This document shows positions 1 to 10,849 of a DNA stretch of 64,000 nucleotides, piece by piece; the first letter of the stretch is position 1; each line of letters starts with the position of its first letter. The stretch is taken from sequence record MH494197.1; one strand, 5' to 3'. The DNA comes from Escherichia phage CMSTMSU. The notes beneath the pieces are model-generated. The model saw only the letters and a program-made list of their open reading frames with translations. It made no database searches and was not told the origin of the DNA. The translations under genes were made by a program, and so were the position numbers.

Positions 1-249
1 CTTCCCAATGCACACGAATGCATTCAGTGAGAAGATAAATGTATACGCCATTACCATTAATTGACCAATAAAAGATAATTCAATATTATTCATGTTATCC
101 TCGTTTGCGGTATTTGATGCTTTGGTGCATTCTCTGAAAATGTGGAACTAATACATATTGTACGGTTTGCCAAATTACCATCAGATTATGGACAGCACCA
201 CCGAGTAGACCAAACACTACACAGATAATTGCCAGTACTGGATCACCAT

Positions 250-465
250 CTACCATACCCCATTTGAATATATGTAAAATCCATACAGTGATAAGTAGTA
301 ATAAACTAATCCAATACGTAGTAAAAATCCTGCATGTAATTCATAGTCATCAGCAATTTCATCGTATACGGTTTCCAAGAAGGATACACAGAAGAACTTG
401 CCAATAATAACAATTGTACTAATAAACAACATAGCAGTTAATATAATAAGTGCAATTTCCATCAC
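250..465 (-). CDS. small hydrophobic membrane protein
   Basis: 71-aa ORF, strongly hydrophobic; no recognisable motif. Confidence 0.4.
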   Translation of the reverse strand: MMEIALIILTAMLFISTIVIIGKFFCVSFLETVYDEIADDYELHAGFLLRIGLVYYYLSLYGFYIYSNGVW

Positions 466-526
466 ATCCCTCGTTTACGCTTTTGATTGCGTCTAAATTC
501 GGTTAGCCCACGACTAATCGGTGGCA

Positions 527-775
527 TCAGACTACATAAAAAATAACAGTTGTTGGCAATAACATGAAATCAATCATAGCTGTATCATCAGGTGGATCAC
601 ATACCAAATAATACAAACAAGTAATACTAATAATGGTTGACCCAATAAAAGGAATACAAAATTCTTTTATCTGTTTTTCAACATAATCAAACATCTTCAG
701 TACAAATAAAAATCCAACCCAACACATAATAAAATAGAATGAATACAACGTGTAAATCAATGTTAAGATATCCAT
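527..775 (-). CDS. small hydrophobic membrane protein
   Basis: 82-aa ORF, hydrophobic throughout. Confidence 0.4.
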   Translation of the reverse strand: MDILTLIYTLYSFYFIMCWVGFLFVLKMFDYVEKQIKEFCIPFIGSTIISITCLYYLVCDPPDDTAMIDFMLLPTTVIFYVV

Positions 776-907
776 TAGTACCTCGCATCAGGAACTTTAG
801 CACGTAATTTATGAACGACTGGGAACAACAACAAACTTACATATGCAATAGTTGAACCCCAATAGAATACTAATATAATTGGTTCACCATTGGAACGGAA
901 CCCTCTA

Positions 908-1453
908 CTAATCATTGAGTAGTGAATAATAGGCATAAACATCGCCATAAAACCATGCGTGTAATTTTAATTGCAGCATGTTATCAGAGATGAATACTGA
1001 AATTGGTCGTTTGAAGAACCACATCAGAAAGTAGAATCCAGCACTAAGAATATAGTACATAGTACTAACTTTCATATACCACGGCAGTAAGTGTAAAAAT
1101 ATTCCATCATTCCTCCGGTATCTTGTTTCGAAGTTCAATCATAACACAACAAAGTTTAATGGCCAAGTAAAAACTACACATATCATACCCAATGTACCGT
1201 AAACTGCGGAGAATGCTGGCAGTACCTTTCCTGTGAGTGTTGCTACAATACATGCTATCAATGTTGATGCAAACAACGATTGATTAATGAAAGAATTCAT
1301 AAAATCTTCACCATTACGCTTATAGAATTGTCGTTTAAAATACCATCCTAGAAACATAACTACCCAAAATGTTACATAACCTGTTAGAATAATCCCTGCA
1401 ATTGAATGTGCAACAGAACTACTCTTTAAAAACTCAAGATAAGCTTCAATCAT
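908..1453 (-). CDS. integral membrane protein with in-frame TGA at 1139-1141
   Basis: ORFs 1139..1453 and 908..1138 share one frame, separated only by TGA; GGAGA RBS before ATG at 1453; second part starts with TTG and has no RBS. Confidence 0.45.
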
Positions 1454-1456
1454 TAG

Positions 1457-1775
1457 AAATCTCCACGAATTTTTGCTCTACCATTAATGATGAGATTAAA
1501 CAAGTATATCAGCACCCAAATTAGTAATCCAAGGAATACAATATATTGTGATATTGAGTTCAAGTGAGGATTAGCACAATAAATTAAGTGTGCGATAAGA
1601 CCAACAATTGCAAACATACCTTGGATAATAGTGAAAAGAAGTAGTGAAATGTTTCCATCAGGATACAGTTTGAAAACGATTTTCTTTTTAAAATACCATA
1701 GTACTACAACTAGTGCATGATAAAAGAAAAACCAAACAGATAAATCAAAGTAATACTAAGCATTGTATCTGAATT
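1457..1775 (-). CDS. membrane protein, frame-disrupted near N-terminus
   Basis: hand translation: ~105 hydrophobic codons ending TAA that overlaps next ATG; initiating ATG lies in another frame. Confidence 0.3.
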
Positions 1776-1856
1776 AAAAACTCAAGCATATCGTATCTCC
1801 GGTGGTGAATATTAAGTTATAGTACTACACTATGGTAGTACTGTCAATACATGTAA

Positions 1857-2626
1857 TTAAATTTTCTCAAGGAACATGTTTTCTGCCATTGACTCCCAAT
1901 CATATGGAAATTTATTATACAGACCAGCGATCAGTACTGGCATACGCAGAGAAGGTGAACGCAGCTTTTCTTCGTTGTTCAGCATCCAGTTTAAGATAGC
2001 TTTACAACCATTTTTATTAACCCCATTGTTCTCAAGAATATTAGTCTTGTTCATGATGTTCTCAATGTGAATCATAACTTCTTCGTTAGTGAACAGTTGA
2101 AGATCAACAAAGATACTACGAGTAATCAGTGCATCAATGTGTGGTGCTAAACTGCTTTTACCTTTAGCAATCTGTGACAGGTTTTGTTCGTCAGGAAGAT
2201 TACCTTCCCACGGAATTCAAACTGCTTAGGAATACCCTGCTGTTCCGTACTTCCCAGAAGTTGCATAAGATACAACCCGCTTCTCTGACGTGTCCAACAC
2301 GGCTTTAAGTAAATCAATATTGGTTTCATCACTGAAGATATCAACGTCATCAAGTAACAGTACTGATGCGGCATGACGTGAACGATACAGTGCTTCGTAC
2401 AGACCCATAGTGGTTACTTTACCGCTGATCTTTTGTAGTCGATTTCAAAGTTATCATCAGCTTTCTGCAAACGCTGGTCAACGTTGTAAGTTTTTCCAAC
2501 ACCACCTTTACCAGATACAATCAGGGAATTGATTGAATTAGCTTGGGTATCAAGTAAACATTCCAAAGCTGCCATCATGCTGTTGAAGTTCTTTTCGATT
2601 TGGATTGCTTTCTCTGTACGGGTCAT
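1857..2626 (-). CDS. P-loop NTPase (AAA-type ATPase), frame-disrupted
   Basis: Walker A SGKGGVGKT, Walker B LLLDDVD, sensor-like VIFLTN; spread over ORFs 2414..2773, 2226..2408, 2147..2374, 1857..2075; true start MTRTEK near 2626. Confidence 0.6.
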
Positions 2627-2654
2627 GTCTTTATCCTCTTGAGTTGATGAAATG

Positions 2655-2690
2655 ATTATAGCAAAAGGGCTGACTAGTGTCAACCCTTTT
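2655..2690 (-). promoter_or_regulatory. hairpin-embedded sigma-70 promoter (terminator-promoter cassette)
   Basis: minus strand GGGTTGACacTAGTCAGCCCTTTTGCTATAAT, then GAGGA RBS and ATG of ATPase gene. Confidence 0.6.
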
Positions 2691-2813
2691 GTTTTAGATA
2701 ATTTGTACTTCATCATAGATCTTGCACGATTTGCTTTCCGGGTTATTTGTAAATTTATACCTAGTGGAATCAAGAATTATTTTAAATCTTCTTTCACATA
2801 GTACTCATATAAT

Positions 2814-3011
2814 TTAATTACTTTTGTATATTGAATCACATTGTCTACGCAATAGTTTATAGTATGCTTTACCACGAGGAAATAGTTTACGTGTATGTTC
2901 TCCTTTTCCCCACGGTCCTAAATATGTTTTACGCGTGTCGTGATTATTAAAGTTATTTGATACAGTTGATTTTGTACCAATCGGATCTTCCTTACTAAAA
3001 TAGATAGACAT
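2814..3011 (-). CDS. hypothetical protein
   Basis: 65-aa ORF, basic. Confidence 0.35.
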   Translation of the reverse strand: MSIYFSKEDPIGTKSTVSNNFNNHDTRKTYLGPWGKGEHTRKLFPRGKAYYKLLRRQCDSIYKSN

Positions 3012-3039
3012 TATAAAGTTCTCTCTTCACTAAGTTTTT

Positions 3040-3746
3040 GTATTAAACTATTTCGGTAGCTCCATACTTAAAGTAAATTTCCTTAATCATTTCAAGATTA
3101 TGGATGCTTGTAGTTTCAGACCAACCATCCTCCATCAATTCACGTTCAATAATACCTTTCGTATTATGGATTTTAATATTTTCAGTTTGAAACAGTTTCT
3201 TACATTCAGTTTCGGCAGCAATACAATCAACTGGATTTTCAAATTTAAAAGAGCTAATACGTTTTATATCATAATAACATTTTAAGTTTTGTTCATATTC
3301 ACGACGACCGAGGATTGTTTCAATTCCATATTTTAGCCCAATATATTCACCTGCATTACATATACCACTAATATATGCAATTTTTGATTGCGATGTGCCT
3401 TACGAGGATTGCCACATCCACGCAAATGTATAGATGGTGTTTGCCAGAATTCATCACCACTTTCTGGATCAATAATACACACATTAGTACGGGCATCAAT
3501 ATACTCTACTTTACTGTAATCATATTGTTCATCGTGAATTTCGTTAGCCCTGTTGATAAATTCATCAATTGACATTTTATTTTTCAGGCCAGTTGATATA
3601 TTAGCACGATCATTATTACCACATCCCATCAAATGTGATGATGGTGTTTGCCAGAATTCACCATATACTGGATCTATAATACATACCTTAGTACTGTTGT
3701 TTACGTATACGACCTTACTATAATCATACAGATTATCATGCACCAA
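3040..3746 (-). CDS. repeat-module protein (two YDYSKV...C-I-I-D-P-x-x-G-E-F-W-Q-T-P modules), frame-disrupted near 3330
   Basis: ORF 3333..3746 holds two ~60-aa internal repeats; reading continues in another frame to ~3040. Confidence 0.5.
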
Positions 3747-4615
3747 ATTGGCCTTCTCGATAAATTCATCAAGTGTTAAGCGTTTACTCTGTGCCGTTTT
3801 TCAAAACCACGGATTGGGTTTCCATGACCTTTCCAATGGTAGATTGGTTCTTGCCAGAATTCACCATATACTGGATCTACAATACATACCTTAGTCCATG
3901 CACCAGTATACTCCACTTTACTGTAGTCATATAAATGACCATGTACTGCACGAGAACGTTCAATAAAACTTCGTTGGTGAATGTTTTATTTACTGAAGTT
4001 CCTATACGCCCACGTTCCATGTTACCATGCTTGGATTTTAAATGGTCATATGGCGTTTGCCAGAATTCACCATACACTGGATCAATAATGCATACTGGAG
4101 TTTTACTATTAACATATTCTACGTTTGAATAATCGAACGTATTTCCAAAACGTTCGATAGCTTCAGCTATAAATGTTTCAGTTGTTTTTGATTTAAGTTT
4201 TTACCATTTTCAATGGCACGTTGTGGGCTACCTGCACCTTTTAAATGGGAGCTGGGTTCTTGCCAGAATTCACCATACACTGGATCAATAATACATACCT
4301 TAGTGCTATTATTTTTATAAACAACTTTACTATAATCATAGAGGTTGTTATGAACTTTTTCTGCTCGTTCTATAAACGTTTGGGTGGTTAATTTGCCAAC
4401 ACCTGAACGATATGGATTCCTGACCGCGAATGTGATGTGACGGAGTTTGCCAGAATTCACCATACACCGGATCAATAATGCATACTGGTTCTTTAGCTTT
4501 TACATACACTGCTTTTTCGTAATTATAGAGATCACCATGTACATTTCGTGCAGCAATTAAAAAGTTTCTTGGTCGGTAACACGCATTTTCTTTATCCCTA
4601 GTACGTTTCATTTCG
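3330..4615 (-). repeat. tandem array of at least 5 copies of a ~40-codon coding module
   Basis: motif YDYSKVVY..KVCIIDPVYGEFWQTPSSHL.G.G recurs in ORFs 3333..3746 (x2), 3877..4077, 4167..4475, 4348..4611 in different frames. Confidence 0.6.
4167..4611 (-). CDS. repeat-module paralogue(s), two overlapping frames
   Basis: ORFs 4167..4475 and 4348..4611 each carry one module; RBS and ATG at 4611. Confidence 0.4.
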
Positions 4616-4621
4616 ATAGAG

Positions 4622-4656
4622 CTATAATAGCAAAGGGCTGACCGAAGTCAACTCTT
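4622..4656 (-). promoter_or_regulatory. degenerate hairpin-promoter cassette
   Basis: TTGACTTCGGTCAGCCCTTTGCTATTATAG upstream of ATG at 4611. Confidence 0.45.
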
Positions 4657-4863
4657 TGATATGATAATATAATCATTCCATAAATTATATATATTGTTTT
4701 CAACACAATCATCATCGCTTAATTCTATAATTGACGAGATAAGTTCTGATAAGGTTTGTGTGTTCAAAACCGTATCACGATGTCTCAACCACCATTTCAT
4801 GGTGAGTGTTCGGATTTTGTACGGATTGTTTGAAAACTTGTATCTAGAAGTGTCAAGTATCAT
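4648..4863 (-). CDS. hypothetical protein
   Basis: 71-aa ORF. Confidence 0.35.
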   Translation of the reverse strand: MILDTSRYKFSNNPYKIRTLTMKWWLRHRDTVLNTQTLSELISSIIELSDDDCVENNIYNLWNDYIIISKS

Positions 4864-4875
4864 TTTAATCTCTAT

Positions 4876-5310
4876 TTACTTAATCATCTCGGTATAGTAC
4901 TCAGGTAACTCAACATCAGTAAATTTATACCACTTAGGCTTCATTTGGAGCTTCTCAATCAAGCGTTCACGAGACATTTTAATCTCTGAATCAGATGGTA
5001 CATAGTCCGCAAAACTCCGCAGGAAGCCGCTAATGTCGTTTAATTCAATGTTTTGAATCTTCATACCACGACGCAAACATTCGTTAACAATTTCAATATG
5101 ACGCTTCTGTAAGTACAATAACTTGTTGTAGAAGAATGTTACATGACCTGAACCTAACAGGTAAGTACTGTTAATTTTGAAATCACGTACACGCTTACGT
5201 GCTTGAACATGTTTTTGTACAGCACCAAATACACGTGGAAGTTCACGATATTCAGCCATCAGATGTTGGTCAGCAAGTTCTTTAACGTGTACTAAGTTAA
5301 TGCGGGTCAT
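4876..5310 (-). CDS. denV: pyrimidine dimer DNA glycosylase / endonuclease V
   Basis: [31 protein letters not shown]... closely matches T4 endonuclease V as recalled from memory; ATG at 5310 after GAGGATGAA RBS (track ORF starts at TTG 5367 and reads through the promoter hairpin). Confidence 0.85.
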   Translation of the reverse strand: MTRINLVHVKELADQHLMAEYRELPRVFGAVQKHVQARKRVRDFKINSTYLLGSGHVTFFYNKLLYLQKRHIEIVNECLRRGMKIQNIELNDISGFLRSFADYVPSDSEIKMSRERLIEKLQMKPKWYKFTDVELPEYYTEMIK

Positions 5311-5337
5311 GTATTCATCCTCTCGTCTTGATGAAAT

Positions 5338-5374
5338 AATTATAGCAAAAGGGCTGACCGAAGTCAACCCGTTT
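5338..5374 (-). promoter_or_regulatory. hairpin-embedded sigma-70 promoter
   Basis: GGGTTGACTTCGGTCAGCCCTTTTGCTATAAT: -35 TTGACT, 17-bp spacer, -10 TATAAT, UUCG tetraloop hairpin. Confidence 0.65.
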
Positions 5375-5720
5375 TGAAAGGATTTTTAATGGTTTTCGTA
5401 CTGTATGTATTTTGCTTTGTAGTTCTTCTTCCCACAAAACATTTATATTATAAACTAAATCATTGTAGTCACTGTTCACAAAGATAAAATCATACTTCTC
5501 ATTAAAAGTATGAGAAATCAATTTCATTTTCATAAGTATTATTGAACTTTTAAATTTATATGTTTCTTTTTCTTCTCCAGTTTTTGAACTTTGTATATTT
5601 TTATAAATTCCATGAATTCATCATTGGTCATTGTTTCAGCATCCAACAATACCCAACTTCACAATCTCATACCCGTCCAGATATCCGTAGGAACACTCAG
5701 GTGTTTCATAAGATGAACCA

Positions 5721-5972
5721 TCATAGATGCCCGCATTGGCTTTTGGAATTCTCAAGCAATCGTTGCAGTACTGATACGTCATCAAGAACGTAATACAAGT
5801 TAGCATATAAATCCGTTACAATACAGTACTCCAACATGTCAAATGTATCAATCGAAATTTCAACCTTAGCAAATCGTTTCTTTTCTTTATTATACAATGC
5901 GTACATATTAATCTCCATAATCAAGTTTAACCAACTTACCACACAGATACCCAAAGTTTTCTGGCTTCGCAT
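5721..5972 (-). CDS. hypothetical protein
   Basis: 83-aa ORF. Confidence 0.4.
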   Translation of the reverse strand: MRSQKTLGICVVSWLNLIMEINMYALYNKEKKRFAKVEISIDTFDMLEYCIVTDLYANLYYVLDDVSVLQRLLENSKSQCGHL

Positions 5973-6011
5973 CTGAATAGAAGAAGTCAGTACTCAACTC
6001 TGAATCCAATG

Positions 6012-6323
6012 CTAAAGCACACAACTCCACCCAAAATAAACCCTATGTTGTACTGGCTTACAACGTTTCTGTACAGTTACTAGTCCAGTACATGATGACC
6101 ACAACGTAGGGCAGATACCACTATCACTACGCTTGGAGTACTGCATCCAAGAACGTTCATTGAGGTTAGCTATCATCCCTGTTAAGAATAGCTTCCAACT
6201 TTTAAAGGTTGGAATCTTGATAGCATATTCCCCAATGAGTATGACAGTTCGTGTTGCACCTTTCAAATCTATATTCATATTTTTAATTAGAAGAACACAA
6301 ACCAAGTCCAGAATAAATTCCAC
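6012..6323 (-). CDS. hypothetical protein
   Basis: 103-aa ORF. Confidence 0.4.
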   Translation of the reverse strand: MEFILDLVCVLLIKNMNIDLKGATRTVILIGEYAIKIPTFKSWKLFLTGMIANLNERSWMQYSKRSDSGICPTLWSSCTGLVTVQKRCKPVQHRVYFGWSCVL

Positions 6324-6538
6324 ACTACAAATAAAGACATAGTGGTTTTATGTACAATATCAGCAGTACTGGTCCATCCTCCACCGTGTCCTATTCCATT
6401 TATGAATAGAACTAAGAACAAGATACCATTTACTACAATAGTACATAGTAAGTACACAAACACATTCCATGCAAGTTCAGGAGATACTAACGTAAATGGT
6501 AAAACAATTAGTAGTATTAGAACTAATAAAATTTTCAT
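6287..6538 (-). CDS. small membrane protein
   Basis: 83-aa hydrophobic ORF. Confidence 0.4.
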   Translation of the reverse strand: MKILLVLILLIVLPFTLVSPELAWNVFVYLLCTIVVNGILFLVLFINGIGHGGGWTSTADIVHKTTMSLFVVWNLFWTWFVFF

Positions 6539-6569
6539 TTATCGCCTCACTTAATTAACGTGACAATTA

Positions 6570-6746
6570 GTACGAATCAGATTCCCAGTACTCGATTGCT
6601 TCTTTCAGCAATTCTTTAGCACGTTGTTTTGCAATGCGAGCGGGTAACAGATATGTGTACATTAACTGACGCTTCACTTCATTCAGTGAAAGCTGTTCAT
6701 GGTACAGTGCATCCATCAGTCGATTACGAGTACGTAGTTTCATATA
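6570..6746 (-). CDS. small basic protein (58 aa)
   Basis: hand translation MKLRTRNRLMDALYHEQLS...; below track size cutoff. Confidence 0.35.
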
Positions 6747-6754
6747 AGTTATCC

Positions 6755-7309
6755 TTATTTCAAAGAATCATAGTAAGCAGTGTCAAAGATTGGAGTCATA
6801 ATAACATAGTCAATACGGTCAATGTAAGTTGAACTCCACATTTCTGGTTTGTCATAAAATTGACGCTCGCGTTCATTCATACGAGTCAGTACTTCTTCCA
6901 ATTTACTACGTGAAGCCATCAATGTATTACGCGATCCATAAGTGAAGTACTCAGTCCATTGATATTCATATTCAGTACTGATAGATTGAATAGTACCATC
7001 TTTGAAATGAGCTAAGGCATATCCTTTCTCTACAAAGTTATCAGGTGGAAGAACACCATCTGGATTAGTTTTCAATGCTTTGGTTAACTTTTCTTTAATT
7101 TCAGTTAACGTGCATACTGAACGAATGTTCTTCAGGTTTGATACTTGAAAATCACTGTACTTTCCAAAGAAAAATACACGCCAATCTTTAGGTTCATTAT
7201 CAGATACGGTAATATTCGGATGATGGGCGAGTAAACGAAGAAGGCCAGCTTTGTGACCGTTAATGTAGATCTCATGGATGTGGTTAGCAGTTTTCTTAAA
7301 AGTAATCAT
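6755..7309 (-). CDS. hypothetical protein (184 aa)
   Basis: long intact ORF; GAGGAA RBS; preceded by consensus promoter. Confidence 0.7.
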   Translation of the reverse strand: MITFKKTANHIHEIYINGHKAGLLRLLAHHPNITVSDNEPKDWRVFFFGKYSDFQVSNLKNIRSVCTLTEIKEKLTKALKTNPDGVLPPDNFVEKGYALAHFKDGTIQSISTEYEYQWTEYFTYGSRNTLMASRSKLEEVLTRMNERERQFYDKPEMWSSTYIDRIDYVIMTPIFDTAYYDSLK

Positions 7310-7354
7310 GACAATTCCTCGATTGTGGGGATGAGAAGTTCATCCCTTGATAAA

Positions 7355-7381
7355 CATTATACAGTACTGAATGAGTTTGTC
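7355..7381 (-). promoter_or_regulatory. sigma-70 promoter, TTGACA-N16-TATAAT with CAGTACTG in spacer
   Basis: minus strand TTGACAaactcattcagtactgTATAATg. Confidence 0.65.
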
Positions 7382-7384
7382 AAC

Positions 7385-7762
7385 TCAAAATAAATTCATT
7401 TCATGTGCGTATTGTGGTTCAAGATGCGATAAGTTTTTGAAGCTTTCTTTCAACTCAGCATCATCTACATACACCGTGCGTACATTCCCCATAGTGAAAC
7501 CTACCCACACAGTCATGTCACCAGTCCCTAAGCGTGGCATTGATAGCGAACCATCAGGTGAAACATCAAACGCTACACTGAAGTCATCAGTAACAACGTC
7601 TGAACCATTTTCGAGAATAATACATCCACTATCTTTAAGCTTCTGAATGTGGATAGCAGCCTCTACAGCACGTTTGAAGTTATAGTAAGACTCTTTATCC
7701 TCAAACATTGATTGTTTAATCAGACGCTTGTTTAGCTCGGTTACTTTGTGCATTTGACGCAT
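7385..7762 (-). CDS. hypothetical protein (125 aa)
   Basis: intact ORF. Confidence 0.6.
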   Translation of the reverse strand: MRQMHKVTELNKRLIKQSMFEDKESYYNFKRAVEAAIHIQKLKDSGCIILENGSDVVTDDFSVAFDVSPDGSLSMPRLGTGDMTVWVGFTMGNVRTVYVDDAELKESFKNLSHLEPQYAHEMNLF

Positions 7763-7792
7763 TACTTATCCATCTCCCACAGTTGTAGAATT

Positions 7793-8017
7793 TCATAAGA
7801 GCCGGTGGTGCTGGATTCCTGATCTCAGGAATTGAGTACTTTTAGGATTACCACCAGCATTAAATTCGTCAAGTAATGATTCCAGTTCGCGACGATCCTG
7901 AACAACATAAACACAATCACCTGAACCTTCTTCGAGAATCATTTCACTTCCTGCACAATCCCATACTGTTGAGATACATAGAATCTCTTTTGTATTTTTA
8001 TTACGCAATGCAAACAT
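7793..8017 (-). CDS. hypothetical protein
   Basis: 74-aa ORF. Confidence 0.45.
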   Translation of the reverse strand: MFALRNKNTKEILCISTVWDCAGSEMILEEGSGDCVYVVQDRRELESLLDEFNAGGNPKSTQFLRSGIQHHRLL

Positions 8018-8025
8018 AGTAATCC

Positions 8026-8229
8026 CTATCGATTTGGCATTTTATCTCGTAATTTCACAAGATAATCAATCACGGTACATCCTGAAATAAAGGTAATATA
8101 AGTACTGAAAAATCCTACCAGAATAAAGGCAACAAGCGTACTCCCATTTGGTTCTTCAGCTTTAATACCAATGATACCATCAGATGCAGTGAAAAATGTA
8201 GACATAAACGTTAGACAGATGTACATCAC
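8026..8229 (-). CDS. small membrane protein
   Basis: 67-aa hydrophobic ORF. Confidence 0.4.
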   Translation of the reverse strand: MMYICLTFMSTFFTASDGIIGIKAEEPNGSTLVAFILVGFFSTYITFISGCTVIDYLVKLRDKMPNR

Positions 8230-8369
8230 TAATAAGAATTCATGTTCTAATGACGGATAAAACGGTCAAAAGTTTATAAAATTTAAAGTACAGTAGGAGT
8301 ATACCAACAAAGGCATAGAAAGTAAACAGTGTTGTTATGATATATGATATTAAATTTAAATTATACATC

Positions 8370-8660
8370 TCAACGCTCCGGTAGATTATCACGTAATGTT
8401 TTGATTCGATTATACAATTTCATTGCTACATTCCCAAATAAACCAGAACCCATTACTAAAATGTATGCGATGATCATAGTAATAATTACAATAGTACCTA
8501 GACTGTAATGTACTGCACTGATACCCATTATTGTTTCTACAATGATGTGAGCAACAGAAATCACCAAAAGTACTACTACAATTGGATGATTTGGATACAT
8601 TCGGTTAAACAATGTTTTGTACTTAAAGAAGTACAGTACTCCACCAAATAAGAAGTACAC
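8370..8660 (-). CDS. membrane protein
   Basis: 96-aa hydrophobic ORF. Confidence 0.45.
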   Translation of the reverse strand: MYFLFGGVLYFFKYKTLFNRMYPNHPIVVVLLVISVAHIIVETIMGISAVHYSLGTIVIITMIIAYILVMGSGLFGNVAMKLYNRIKTLRDNLPER

Positions 8661-8719
8661 AATGTAGATTGATGCAACGGCATAAGCAAACGCATTAGTG
8701 TAAAAATCATTATCAATCC

Positions 8720-8983
8720 TTACTTTTCAGGGATTTTATTACGCCACTCATCGATGCGATGAAGCAGTTTAAAGAGCAAAAATATTGGAACTGTAGCTAT
8801 CATAGTAGCAATTGTTAGTAATGTCAACACCGATACGAGATTTAATTCGTCCGTACTATATCCACATACCAGTGCTTCAATTATCCCCACGTACATGCAC
8901 AGAACATCAAAATGAAATTGGTGCATCGTAGTATATGCGTTGATACAAGGTCGTGTATCGGAAGAATGCAATAATGTAACCAA
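8720..8983 (-). CDS. membrane protein
   Basis: 87-aa hydrophobic ORF. Confidence 0.45.
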   Translation of the reverse strand: MVTLLHSSDTRPCINAYTTMHQFHFDVLCMYVGIIEALVCGYSTDELNLVSVLTLLTIATMIATVPIFLLFKLLHRIDEWRNKIPEK

Positions 8984-9063
8984 ACATGTAATACACCCAA
9001 ACTAACGATACTATATAAAATGATACCTTATTAATTAATTCAAAATGATGTTCCATTTTACCC

Positions 9064-9366
9064 CTACATATATTCTAAGAATAATGTATTAGCTTCGTCT
9101 ATGTTCTTAAGATAATACATGTAATACAGATTTGGTTGTCCGTCTTTTGAACTCAAATCAAAGTACTTTAAACTATGCACCTTCATGACAAAAACAAATA
9201 ATGACTTAAAACCAATCTCACCGTACTTAATAAACAGTTCATCTAAATGAATGTAACTCTTAGTTTCAGATAATTCCTTCACATCAGCTTCAATTTCTTG
9301 TAAGCGAAGTTTACCGATTAAGTTTTCAAATGAACGCATGATCTTGTTCCTTATGCTGGTACACAA
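9064..9366 (-). CDS. hypothetical protein
   Basis: 100-aa ORF. Confidence 0.45.
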   Translation of the reverse strand: MCTSIRNKIMRSFENLIGKLRLQEIEADVKELSETKSYIHLDELFIKYGEIGFKSLFVFVMKVHSLKYFDLSSKDGQPNLYYMYYLKNIDEANTLFLEYM

Positions 9367-9520
9367 TTTTTTATAATGAATACACGTTTCATGAATGAAC
9401 TTTCATATACGTACTTCAGTTTACCATTTTCACGCATACGATGAAACACATCTTTACCGCTAGTACTCCATGTTGAACCAGTCTCTGCATCAACATTGTT
9501 CATTACACCAGATGTTACGT

Positions 9521-9763
9521 TTACCCGTACTTGAAGCTAAAGGTACTACCTTCTTCTACCAGAGGGATTGGTGTACTACGTTCATGTTCCAGTACAAGTT
9601 TACTGCCGATGATGTTGTACGAAGTTATCTTGCATTTTAAAACACCCATCTCTTGTGCAGTTGGGTAATTCTTCTCAAACAAATCAGATACTTCATTTGC
9701 ATAACAAACTGAACTAATCATAAGAAGTAATGAACTGATAGAACGGAAAATAACTTTTAACAT
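9521..9763 (-). CDS. secreted small protein
   Basis: N-terminal signal-peptide-like segment; GGAGG RBS; promoter cassette upstream. Confidence 0.55.
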   Translation of the reverse strand: MLKVIFRSISSLLLMISSVCYANEVSDLFEKNYPTAQEMGVLKCKITSYNIIGSKLVLEHERSTPIPLVEEGSTFSFKYG

Positions 9764-9789
9764 GTTTGCCTCCAGTAGTTGATGAAATG

Positions 9790-9826
9790 ATTATAGCAAA
9801 AGGGCCGACCGAAGTCAACCCTTTTC
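9790..9826 (-). promoter_or_regulatory. hairpin-embedded sigma-70 promoter
   Basis: GGGTTGACTTCGGTCGGCCCTTTTGCTATAAT. Confidence 0.65.
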
Positions 9827-9842
9827 TTTTATATTTTACATG

Positions 9843-10440
9843 TCATGTCTGGTTTTGGCTTTTCATTCTTTGGCTTTTCAAATGGATTTGGCTTAGGGAC
9901 TTTTTATCTTTGTCATCTTTAGCTTTCTTTTTGTTTTCTTTTTTATCCGATTTGTCAGCTTTGTCTTTCTTATCTTTTGAATCTTTGTCAGCTTTAGATT
10001 GTGGTTCCTCACATACAGCAGCTTTTGGCTCCGGCATATCACATGAGTTATCCACAGGTTTAATGAACTCTTTACAGTTGTAGAAGTATAAACTTTCATT
10101 GGTAGTAAGATTGTGGAATCTAAAGGTATTTTCACCATTAGTATATACTTTCTTAGTACTCTCAATATCATTACACATTGCAACCGTGTCACCGGAATTC
10201 ACGCTCGATACCTATTACATCCGACTTACGTTCAGATAGTATTCCAGACGTATATCGATCTTTGTTATCAAATGCATTGAACCCTATAGTTTTATTATTG
10301 TCATGTACCAATCCTCTAGTGTAAGACTTCGTATAGAACTCACCGTTTCTAAACTCCTGTCTAGCAATGGAGCACTGGTATTCAGTACTATAAACTATAT
10401 CAGTAAACAATACAAGTGAAAATAAAACATATTTAAACAT
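9843..10440 (-). CDS. secreted protein with Lys/Asp-rich C-terminal tail, frame-disrupted near 10195
   Basis: signal peptide MFKYVLFSLVLF... (ORF 10189..10440) continues into ORF 9843..10202 ending in a KDKKDKADK low-complexity tail. Confidence 0.45.
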
Positions 10441-10464
10441 TGCATTACCTCTTATAAAACCCTC

Positions 10465-10502
10465 AACAATATTTACAAAAGGTTGACCGAAGTCAACCTT
10501 TT
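10465..10502 (-). promoter_or_regulatory. hairpin-promoter cassette variant
   Basis: AAAAGGTTGACTTCGGTCAACCTTTTGTAAATATT; perfect palindromic stem, weaker -10. Confidence 0.5.
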
Positions 10503-10849
10503 AAATGTTTATTTTTATCTTTTCCAACACCACGGTCGTACTCTTTGAATGAGTTATCAAGTGTAGTTAGTGCATACTCATATGCTTCTGGTGATTCAAT
10601 GTCAACATCATCTGCACCATTTACTAAATCAGCCCACGCCTTTTGAAGTTTACGAGCATTGTTACCAACATTATCTTTAATCCAACTAATGTTTTGTTGA
10701 TACTTTTACTATCAGCACCTGCTTTTTACCAATCTCGGATATCCACATCATTAGCTTTTGAAGTTCATGAATTGATTTATCGGTCATTTCAAGATGTTCT
10801 TCTTCCATACCTTCGGAATCAGATGAACTAACGTCAATTCCATGTTTAG

